34,963 bases of DNA from a virus. Lineage: Duplodnaviria; Caudoviricetes. The notes beneath the pieces were generated by a model, which saw only the letters and a list, made by a program, of their open reading frames with translations, was not told where the DNA came from and made no database searches. Of the stretch, positions 1 through 6,335 are shown one piece after another; within the stretch, counting starts at the first letter, position 1, and every line of letters begins with the position of its first letter. The translations under genes were made by a program, and so were the position numbers. The stretch covers positions 1-34,963 of the IMG/VR virus record IMGVR_UViG_3300037519_000043; one strand, 5' to 3'.

Positions 1-127
1 ATCAAACTGCATTGCTATCATCCAACGATTCCTGTTCTTGTTGTCCTTTTTCATATCCTTTTTTAAATCCCGCTTTAAAAGCCTGTGAGTATAAACATTG
101 TGTTGTTGATTCATAAGTAAAGTCCAT
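1..127. repeat. Terminal overlap copy 1 (identical to 34837-34963)
   Basis: Exact 127-bp match between the two ends; ORFs read through the junction. Confidence 0.97.
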
Positions 128-163
128 CCATGCGTCGTGAGCTGATTCTTCTAATTCTGTCAT
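2..163 (-). CDS. Hypothetical protein (53 aa, MTELEESAHDAW...)
   Basis: ATG at 163 overlaps the upstream TGA (ATGA); shorter than the ORF-track call. Confidence 0.6.
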   Translation of the reverse strand: MTELEESAHDAWMDFTYESTTQCLYSQAFKAGFKKGYEKGQQEQESLDDSNAV

Positions 164-401
164 AACTTCAATAGTTCTTGTTTTACTTCTTGCCAATATT
201 CAGACGTACCGCAATTCTCATATAAATCTTTATCCCAACTTTTAATAAGTTCATCAACTGCAATTAAGGCGCATTGTTTGGCATGCTCCCAAGCCTCTAA
301 AGGAATATAATCTTCTGCATCTTTATACCTTCTAGCATAGTACATCTTATCAACTAATCCTTCTGCTTTCTCTTTAGTTCCTTCAAATTCTGTCATAACT
401 T
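153..401. repeat. 16-bp direct repeat AATTCTGTCATAACTT at 153-168 and 386-401, flanking gene 160-396
   Basis: Read directly from the sequence. Confidence 0.9.
160..396 (-). CDS. Conserved Bacteroidota-phage small protein (KEKA..L / AKQCALIAVDE / YWQEVK..L family), paralog 1
   Basis: Shares motifs and a 29-bp identical DNA segment (251-279 = 469-497) with 393-596. Confidence 0.8.
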   Translation of the reverse strand: MTEFEGTKEKAEGLVDKMYYARRYKDAEDYIPLEAWEHAKQCALIAVDELIKSWDKDLYENCGTSEYWQEVKQELLKL

Positions 402-596
402 TTCTATTTCTGTTCTTACTTCTTCAAAATAACACAATAATTGTATATTATTTGACGTTAGCATTATCTCATCAACTGCAATTAAGGCGCATTGTTTTGC
501 TTGTATGGTATCTATCATTGAAATGCCATCCTGTCTATTTGGATTCTTAGATAGCATTTTATTCAATAATTCTTCTGCTTTTTCTTTAGGTGTCAT
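393..596 (-). CDS. Same family, paralog 2 (MTPKEKAEEL...AKQCALIAVDEI)
   Basis: Paralogy with 160-396; coupled start and stop. Confidence 0.8.
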   Translation of the reverse strand: MTPKEKAEELLNKMLSKNPNRQDGISMIDTIQAKQCALIAVDEIMLTSNNIQLLCYFEEVRTEIEKL

Positions 597-901
597 TGTA
601 TCTGTACTTTAATGTTTTCTTTAAACTCGTCAATCTGCTTGATTATGTTTGAATAAGTCTGAGCCATTGTTTCGTTGTTATTCTCTACAAATGTAGTCGC
701 GAATCTTTCAACACCATTAATGAATTGGTTAATTGTACGTTTGATTTCGTGCTTGTGAAACATATTATCTGATACATCATCAAGGGAATGTAGTGCAGAT
801 TGGCAAAGCATCATTGCACGTGCTATGTGACTGTAATATTCAATCGCCCTTAGGCGTTTAGCCTCAGTCAAATCGCTGAGGCTTGTTGCTTTCTTTTTCA
901 T
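593..901 (-). CDS. Hypothetical protein
   Basis: 102-aa ORF with ATGA overlaps at both ends. Confidence 0.7.
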   Translation of the reverse strand: MKKKATSLSDLTEAKRLRAIEYYSHIARAMMLCQSALHSLDDVSDNMFHKHEIKRTINQFINGVERFATTFVENNNETMAQTYSNIIKQIDEFKENIKVQIQ

Positions 902-1224
902 AATTTTGAATATTTTTCTTTTAAATTTTTAAATTCATATCTCATTGTTACACCAACGTTTCTTATTCCTGAAAGTTGCCGTGGTTCTAATTTTAACAAA
1001 TCTGATAATTTATAATCATAAGAATCCACATCTTTTAAATAAGGTAAAAAATAAGCTAAGTTTGTACGCGCAATATTAAAAAGCCGAGTGCTAATCTCTC
1101 TGGTTGCGGACATATTAACTAACAATTTGTCAGTGTTTGTAACAGATTCTACTTCTGCATTTATTTGACTTTTATATTGCAAACATATTCTTAATGCTTG
1201 TTCATATTCTGCACTTGTTATCAT
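898..1224 (-). CDS. RNA polymerase alpha-CTD-like (HhH) domain protein
   Basis: ISTRLFN...LSDLLKLEPRQLSGIRNVGVTMRYEF resembles alpha-CTD LSVRSxN...DLxxxxxxELLKxxNxGxKSLxEI; likely start MITSAEY. Confidence 0.6.
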   Translation of the reverse strand: MITSAEYEQALRICLQYKSQINAEVESVTNTDKLLVNMSATREISTRLFNIARTNLAYFLPYLKDVDSYDYKLSDLLKLEPRQLSGIRNVGVTMRYEFKNLKEKYSKL

Positions 1225-1225
1225 G

Positions 1226-1519
1226 TTAAAATGGTTCTGTTGATTCAACTTTATTTACTCTCCACGCGTCTATTGACGTGAAATACTTCCCTTGATAATC
1301 GTTTGTTTTAAAGTTAAACAAAACCTCTACTATTTGGTCAACCTTGTTGTATTGGATAAACTTATCTACTTTCTCCGTACCAAAGATTCCAAACTTTACC
1401 GCTTGAGGATATTGCACTTCCGTTTCTGTCACTACAAACTCTACTTTTTTGTTTGCGCCTACTTCAATCACTTCTAAAATGTTGGTAATCTTACCCACGA
1501 ACTTCATTTCATTTTTCAT
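1226..1519 (-). CDS. DUF3127 family OB-fold protein, putative ssDNA-binding protein
   Basis: GKI..I...KVEFVV.E...YPQ.V.F..FG...V.V.F......YQGKYF.SI.AWRV, with an acidic tail ending PF. Confidence 0.8.
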   Translation of the reverse strand: MKNEMKFVGKITNILEVIEVGANKKVEFVVTETEVQYPQAVKFGIFGTEKVDKFIQYNKVDQIVEVLFNFKTNDYQGKYFTSIDAWRVNKVESTEPF

Positions 1520-1536
1520 ATTTATTTTATTTTATT

Positions 1537-2060
1537 GTTAGTGTCAAGCTTAACAAACGTTAGCGATAAACTGACCACTTTCTAATTCTATATGTTTACA
1601 ACCTTTTTGATTTTTCAATTCATCAAGCCATAAATCCCAATTATTTGAAATAAGATTTATAAAAGCATCAGTAGAGCCTCTTTCTTTATATCGTTTCAAA
1701 TATTCTTCTTTCAATTCCTTTTTTGGATAAACTAACGTAAATCCTAATCCATTTTCTACTAAAGCATCTCTAACCTCTTTATGGCTTGAAATGAAAATTC
1801 TTGCATAACCTTCTGATATTTTTTCTTTGATATGCTCAATATAGTTTTGTGGAAAATTAGCCTTATCAAATTTACTACTATCGCTATCGGTTGCAAATCC
1901 TTGTGGCATATAATCAGCATCTCTGTAGCAATAAGATGTTTTACCAGTTCCAGGAAAGCCAGCCACTAACATCGGTTTGGCAAAATTGCCGTTTTTGTTT
2001 TCAATTGACATTTTATCTAAAAATTAAAGTTTGTACTACTATCGAAGTTTTGTATTCGAT
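1537..2060 (+). mobile_element. Integron-cassette-like remnant (attC-like cores GTTAGTG 1537, GTTAGCG 1559; inverse core GCCACTAAC 1962-1970 followed by a truncated attC-like arm)
   Basis: GTT/AAC cores bracket the P-loop gene; complementarity is better on the bottom strand (G-T wobbles). Confidence 0.5.
1550..2011 (-). CDS. P-loop NTPase, nucleotide-kinase-like phage protein
   Basis: Walker A GFPGTGKT; DSDSS.F; SSH..VR; VYP....KEEY..R...RG. Confidence 0.75.
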   Translation of the reverse strand: MSIENKNGNFAKPMLVAGFPGTGKTSYCYRDADYMPQGFATDSDSSKFDKANFPQNYIEHIKEKISEGYARIFISSHKEVRDALVENGLGFTLVYPKKELKEEYLKRYKERGSTDAFINLISNNWDLWLDELKNQKGCKHIELESGQFIANVC

Positions 2061-2074
2061 TCCCTATTCTTAAA

Positions 2075-2227
2075 TCATTTTTGCTCATCTTCTTTTATTT
2101 TATTATTTGCTATTCTAAACGCCTCTTTGACGCACTCTGTTACACTATACTTTTTCTTTTGGTACTTAAGCCGCATCCTTATTTCGTCTATTGGGATGTC
2201 GCTAAAGTCAACTATACTTCTTTTCAT
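2075..2227 (-). CDS. Hypothetical protein (50 aa, MKRSIVDFSDIPIDEIRMRL...), not in ORF track
   Basis: Manual translation; ATGA-coupled to 2224-2307. Confidence 0.6.
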   Translation of the reverse strand: MKRSIVDFSDIPIDEIRMRLKYQKKKYSVTECVKEAFRIANNKIKEDEQK

Positions 2228-2307
2228 AATGTTTTTAAATAATATTCTAAATATTCTCCTTCTAATTGCTGAATCTCATAAGTGGATTCATAATACAAAT
2301 CATTCAT
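2224..2307 (-). CDS. Tyr/Glu-rich mini-protein (27 aa, MNDLYYESTYEIQQLEGEYLEYYLKTL)
   Basis: ATGA overlaps at both ends. Confidence 0.55.
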   Translation of the reverse strand: MNDLYYESTYEIQQLEGEYLEYYLKTL

Positions 2308-2798
2308 TTTATTGCTAAGTTAATGTTTTCTACTAATCTACAACCATAAACTTCTTGTCCACTTTCGATTGCTTTCTTTATCGCTACCTTGTCTGCTGTT
2401 TCAGTAACTTTTACAGTCTTATATTGCTTTGGCAAGTCATTCATATCGTAATCAATAACAACCTGCTTAGATTTACGTGTGCTAAATTTTAAAAAACCTG
2501 CATCATAATTACCGAATATGTTTACAGCTTGTAGCAAGTTTGATTTAAGTCTTGACACCAATGTATCATTGTGCTTTTTAATTGATTGTAATCGCTTAAT
2601 TTCATCATCTATCCTGTCGTTTAAGCTTTCTCTTTGCTTAATAACTTCAACATAAGCAATTGACTTAACTTCTAACTCCGATTTGTTAATGATTAACTCC
2701 TCTTCTAACTCTGGTGTTAATACACCTTCTGCCATTTCTATTCTGCCAAATAACTCCATGTATTCAGCATTTATTTTGTATAGTGATTTTTCTAACAT
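2304..2798 (-). CDS. Siphovirus Gp157 family protein
   Basis: SLY.I...L...E; EIKRLQ..KK; F..RKS..V.I; DK.AIK.A...G..V.G..L; adjacent to ERF. Confidence 0.85.
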   Translation of the reverse strand: MLEKSLYKINAEYMELFGRIEMAEGVLTPELEEELIINKSELEVKSIAYVEVIKQRESLNDRIDDEIKRLQSIKKHNDTLVSRLKSNLLQAVNIFGNYDAGFLKFSTRKSKQVVIDYDMNDLPKQYKTVKVTETADKVAIKKAIESGQEVYGCRLVENINLAIK

Positions 2799-3301
2799 AG
2801 CTCTAATTGTTTAGCTGTTAATTCAAATTTATCTTTTAATTTTTCTATTGTGTACTCCCCTTTTTTAATTTTCTCAAGTGCAGCTTGTAAACGTTCGTCG
2901 GTTATTGTTTCTTTCTTTTTTGGTGTTGGTGCTTTTGAGTCGGGGTCGCTTTCTGTTTCGTCAATTAAGAATAAACCGTTAAGCGCATATTTGCGAGCGT
3001 AACTTGATGCAGTCCCTGTTGTCTGTTCAGAACTCATACCTTTATGCTCTCCCATTTCAGCGTAACCACTTACTTCTACTGTTTGGTCTTGAACGGTTAA
3101 ATAAGCTGTTGCCTTTAGGAATAACTTATTGCCTATCTCAACTATTGAATCAGACATTAACAATAGTGAATCATATTTGTTAAGTAAAGGTTTTAAAGAC
3201 TCTAATATTTGTTCAGCACTTCTATACTTGTACTTCCCAAATGCATTGAATGAACCTTTCGGACATTTCAACTCTGCCTGTATTTTAATTAAATTTTTCA
3301 T
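2792..3301 (-). CDS. erf: ERF-family single-strand annealing protein
   Basis: IQAELK.PK..FN.FG.YKYRS.E.ILE..KPL; Q.TG.ASSYARKYALNGLF.ID. Confidence 0.92.
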   Translation of the reverse strand: MKNLIKIQAELKCPKGSFNAFGKYKYRSAEQILESLKPLLNKYDSLLLMSDSIVEIGNKLFLKATAYLTVQDQTVEVSGYAEMGEHKGMSSEQTTGTASSYARKYALNGLFLIDETESDPDSKAPTPKKKETITDERLQAALEKIKKGEYTIEKLKDKFELTAKQLELC

Positions 3302-3510
3302 GATACAATTAATTTAACATTGTTTTTCTTGAAGATTGTCATTTCTAAATCGTATTCAATTGAATCCCAATTTATATTCAAATGGTCAATTAATACGTCT
3401 TGTTCAAAAGCTCCGAGTACTATCGACCCGTTGTAAATGCTAATTGAAAAAAACTTGCTAGCATCGACCTTCCGAAGTATCAATGCTAATTTTCTAAGGT
3501 TAGTTTTCAT
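3298..3510 (-). CDS. Hypothetical protein
   Basis: First ORF after a consensus promoter. Confidence 0.7.
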   Translation of the reverse strand: MKTNLRKLALILRKVDASKFFSISIYNGSIVLGAFEQDVLIDHLNINWDSIEYDLEMTIFKKNNVKLIVS

Positions 3511-3534
3511 TGTGTGTTTTGTTTAGTTATGTTA

Positions 3535-3564
3535 CAAATATAATCATTAATTATTAATCTGCAA
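3535..3564 (-). promoter_or_regulatory. Bacteroidota primary-sigma promoter (-33 TTG, 19-nt spacer, -7 TATATTTG)
   Basis: Matches TTG-N19-TAnnTTTG. Confidence 0.85.
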
Positions 3565-3820
3565 GTATTTCTTTAAATTTTTCTAAACTTTTTATTAAAT
3601 AATATTTGAAGCCTTGTTCAATCAATTGCTTTTCAACGTATTTCTGTAATTCAGATTGGATGCCACGTTCCGCTTTAAATTCAACAAATATTGTTTTACC
3701 GTCTTTAAATAGAATTGAATCGGACATACCGTTAATATTGCATTTAATAATTTTCAATGCTATCCAACCTTTAGTTTTAGCATATTTTAAACAACTTGCT
3801 TGAATCTTACTTTCTAACAT
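3554..3820 (-). CDS. VRR-NUC domain nuclease (putative resolvase)
   Basis: E..IQ......G.....G..D......G..IFVEFK...G.QS.LQ. Confidence 0.88.
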   Translation of the reverse strand: MLESKIQASCLKYAKTKGWIALKIIKCNINGMSDSILFKDGKTIFVEFKAERGIQSELQKYVEKQLIEQGFKYYLIKSLEKFKEILAD

Positions 3821-4305
3821 AGCTCTTTTAATTTATTTTGATATGCAACCGATGCTGCTAATTCACATTTGAAATAACCAATGGTTATATTTTTACCATT
3901 AAAATGTATTCTAGCTCTCCATTTTTTTGAGTTTTTATGCCAACAAACACCTTTATATTTTGATGAGTATTTACCTTGAGTTTTATATGCGTTTTCTCTT
4001 TGAGTTATTAACTGTAAATTCTCTAAACGATTATCAGTAGAATCATTGTTTATATGGTCTACTACTACTTTATATCCACAAGGTGTGTGATTTAAAAAAG
4101 CCATTGCTACAAGTTGATGAACCTTGTATTTTTTTTTAATATTATTTTTACACAAACCGACATAATAACGATTTTGATTTTTTACAATCGCTTGTTTTAA
4201 AATTCTTTCTTTACGTGTTTTATCACTACCTAATGACTTTACACTACCTAATGAACTTACTTCGTAAAGCCCTTCATAATTCGGAATTGATTTCCATATT
4301 TCCAT
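3814..4305 (-). CDS. NUMOD4-HNH homing endonuclease with C-terminal AP2 domain
   Basis: EIWK.IP.YEG.YEVSS.G.VKS; VH.LVA.AF; VDHINN...DN.LENLQ; SKYKGV.W....KWRA.I. Confidence 0.92.
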   Translation of the reverse strand: MEIWKSIPNYEGLYEVSSLGSVKSLGSDKTRKERILKQAIVKNQNRYYVGLCKNNIKKKYKVHQLVAMAFLNHTPCGYKVVVDHINNDSTDNRLENLQLITQRENAYKTQGKYSSKYKGVCWHKNSKKWRARIHFNGKNITIGYFKCELAASVAYQNKLKELC

Positions 4306-4390
4306 AAAAAACAAAACCCCGAGTATCCGTGGTGGTAGTCACTTCAACTCGAGGAATTTAATAAGTTTTTAATATAGCTACCACACTATG
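4306..4390 (-). ncRNA. Kissing-loop leader RNA, copy A
   Basis: P1 loop GUGGUAG (4378-4384) is complementary to distal loop CUACCAC (4332-4338); stem CCUCGAGU/ACUCGGGG followed by a U-tract; -7-like TATCTTTA at 4394-4401. Confidence 0.8.
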
Positions 4391-4401
4391 CAGTAAAGAT
4401 A

Positions 4402-5622
4402 CTAATAATCTTTCTTAAACACACTCAAAGTGTAATTTTTTTTATTCATTACAGCTTTGTATATTTTATCTTCTATTCCATTTTTAGCAAAAAACCAATA
4501 TATATTATTTTCAGGTCTTTGCATGGTCGTTAACCTATCTCTACTTTGCCAATATGATACCGCGCTAAAATCAATGTTGTAATAAATTAAAGAACTTGCA
4601 AGGCTTAAATTAACCCCCTCTCGTCCCGAAACTATTTGGTAAGCTATTGATTTATTTGTGTTGTTAAATTCATCTAACTCAGTTGTTAATGCATCACCAA
4701 AAACAACTTTTAAAGCATCTAATTCAGCTTTAAATTTATAAAAAATAGCTATCTTTTTATTATGAAACATATCTTTAATAGCAATAGCTTTTGAATAATC
4801 TAATACAAATGTTTTACCGCTTTCAAATTTTATTGTTCCTGAATATAATTGATGTAACTTAGACATTAATTTAATTGCAGAATCAGCTAATATAACATCG
4901 TTTTTTCCTTGAACAATTAAATCTCGTTCTAATCTTTTTATAACATCGTATGTTGGTTTTTTCATATCTACATACACTATATTTTCATTTATTTTAGAGA
5001 CAAAGCCAGCTTGTTCTTGAGTAAAAGAAATTTTATAAGGTTTTAATACCGCTTCAATTAAATCATTTTTTGCATCTTTATAATCTTTTATAACTCCATA
5101 CCCTAAGTTTTTTGTTTTAACATTTACAAAAGTAGAAGCCCATTTATAAAATGTAGGGTACTGATGAAATGGTGTGTATTTACTAACAAAGAATTGATGA
5201 TATATTTGAGAGTAACTTTCAGGAGTTGGAGTTCCGCTTAAAAAGATCATCGGTAAATGAGAATATCTTTTTTTTAGTTCCTTTGCTCCTTTACTTGGTT
5301 TTGGAAAACTTCCGTATTTGTGATGCTCATCACTAATAACTATATCAAACACTCCATTTACTTTATGGATTGATTCTGTATTTGTAACCGTTAGATTAAA
5401 CGTATAACCAAAGTTAGTGTAATCGCTTTCAATCGAGCTTATAGCTTTCTTTTTAGTTAAGAATAGAACGTTGTTAGCTCCGTATAGTTTAGCGGTGTTA
5501 AGTGCCATAAGTGTTTTCCCTGTCCGTACTTGGCAAATAAGATAAACAAGTTTTTTATCTCTTAATATATTAACTGCTTGCTCAGATATCTTTACTTGAT
5601 AATCTCTTAAAACTAAATCCAT
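4402..5622 (-). CDS. Superfamily 2 helicase
   Basis: LRDYQ Q-motif; RTGKT; DEHH; LSGTP; GREGVNL; QSRDR. Confidence 0.92.
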   Translation of the reverse strand: MDLVLRDYQVKISEQAVNILRDKKLVYLICQVRTGKTLMALNTAKLYGANNVLFLTKKKAISSIESDYTNFGYTFNLTVTNTESIHKVNGVFDIVISDEHHKYGSFPKPSKGAKELKKRYSHLPMIFLSGTPTPESYSQIYHQFFVSKYTPFHQYPTFYKWASTFVNVKTKNLGYGVIKDYKDAKNDLIEAVLKPYKISFTQEQAGFVSKINENIVYVDMKKPTYDVIKRLERDLIVQGKNDVILADSAIKLMSKLHQLYSGTIKFESGKTFVLDYSKAIAIKDMFHNKKIAIFYKFKAELDALKVVFGDALTTELDEFNNTNKSIAYQIVSGREGVNLSLASSLIYYNIDFSAVSYWQSRDRLTTMQRPENNIYWFFAKNGIEDKIYKAVMNKKNYTLSVFKKDY

Positions 5623-6134
5623 TTTTGATATGTTTTATTGTTAATAATAAGACTTATTATGCTTTGTGATACATTATACATTTTAGATATTTCTCTTTGT
5701 GTAACTCCATAAATATGCATACTTTTTATTTTTTGTATTTCATTTAAGGGTATTTTCCTTGATTTTATACCATTTGTTTTTTTTCCTAATACTTTGTATG
5801 AATGAATTTCGTTTTCAGAATGAGTACACCATTCCAAATTTATAGCGTGATTATTCCATGATTGCCCATCTATATGGTTGACACATGGTTTGTTTTCAGT
5901 GTTAGGTTTAAAATATTCAGCTACCAATCTATGTACTAAAAAGCGTTTTGGCTTATTGTTTACACACAAAGTAACTCTTTTGTAACCCTTACTATTTTCA
6001 AGTTTTAAATACTTTAATTTGTATTTTGTTACTTGACCATTAGAATATACAATAGTACATTCATTTCTTTTAACTCTACCAAAGTTTGAAACTTCATAAT
6101 TCTCAAAACCTTTAATTTTTTTCCAGTTTTCCAT
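5613..6134 (-). CDS. NUMOD4-HNH homing endonuclease with C-terminal HTH
   Basis: ENWK.I.GFE.YEVSN.GRVK; VHRLVA; VNHIDG...NN...NLEW.T.SEN..H; TQREIS..YNVSQS.IS.I. Confidence 0.92.
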   Translation of the reverse strand: MENWKKIKGFENYEVSNFGRVKRNECTIVYSNGQVTKYKLKYLKLENSKGYKRVTLCVNNKPKRFLVHRLVAEYFKPNTENKPCVNHIDGQSWNNHAINLEWCTHSENEIHSYKVLGKKTNGIKSRKIPLNEIQKIKSMHIYGVTQREISKMYNVSQSIISLIINNKTYQKWI

Positions 6135-6219
6135 AAAAACAAAACCCCACTAATCAGAGGTGGACGTCTCATCATAGTAGGGATTTAATAATTTCTTACT
6201 GTAGCGTCCACTCTACAAG
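6135..6219 (-). ncRNA. Kissing-loop leader RNA, copy B
   Basis: P1 loop GUGGACG (6205-6211) is complementary to CGUCCAC (6160-6166); stem CCCUACUA/UAGUGGGG followed by a U-tract; compensatory changes relative to copy A. Confidence 0.82.
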
Positions 6220-6221
6220 TG

Positions 6222-6229
6222 CAAATATA
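6222..6229 (-). promoter_or_regulatory. Bacteroidota -7 element TATATTTG for the HNH cassette
   Basis: Exact TAnnTTTG; no clear -33 element. Confidence 0.65.
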
Positions 6230-6233
6230 CAAA

Positions 6234-6335
6234 TTATTTTTTAATAACTTGCATCATTAAATAAACTATTCGCTTTTCTTTGAGAATACCGCACGCTTTG
6301 TGCGATATCTCAGTTTGGTAATCTCTTAAGAACAT
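6234..6335 (-). pseudogene. Stranded 5' fragment of the helicase gene (MFLRDYQTEISHKACGILKEKRIVYLMMQVIKK*)
   Basis: 16 of 28 residues identical, ungapped, to the N-terminus of 4402-5622; similarity ends just before RTGKT. Confidence 0.88.

Larger units (their letters stand above)
2789..3826. repeat. 16-bp direct repeat TTTCTAACATAGCTCT at 2789-2804 and 3811-3826 (two gene junctions)
   Basis: Read directly; both encode ELC* overlapping MLE. Confidence 0.85.

Noticed and set aside
6154-6176. Box C (AUGAUGA) and box D (CUGA) in RNA copy B, suggesting a C/D or TIGR-type guide RNA
   Set aside because: Not conserved as boxes in copies A or C, no array, and no Nop-domain protein recognised; better explained as a symmetric tandem-GA internal loop
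5613-6243. Group I intron in the helicase gene
   Set aside because: No catalytic core elements visible and too little non-coding space; the downstream gene has its own complete N-terminus
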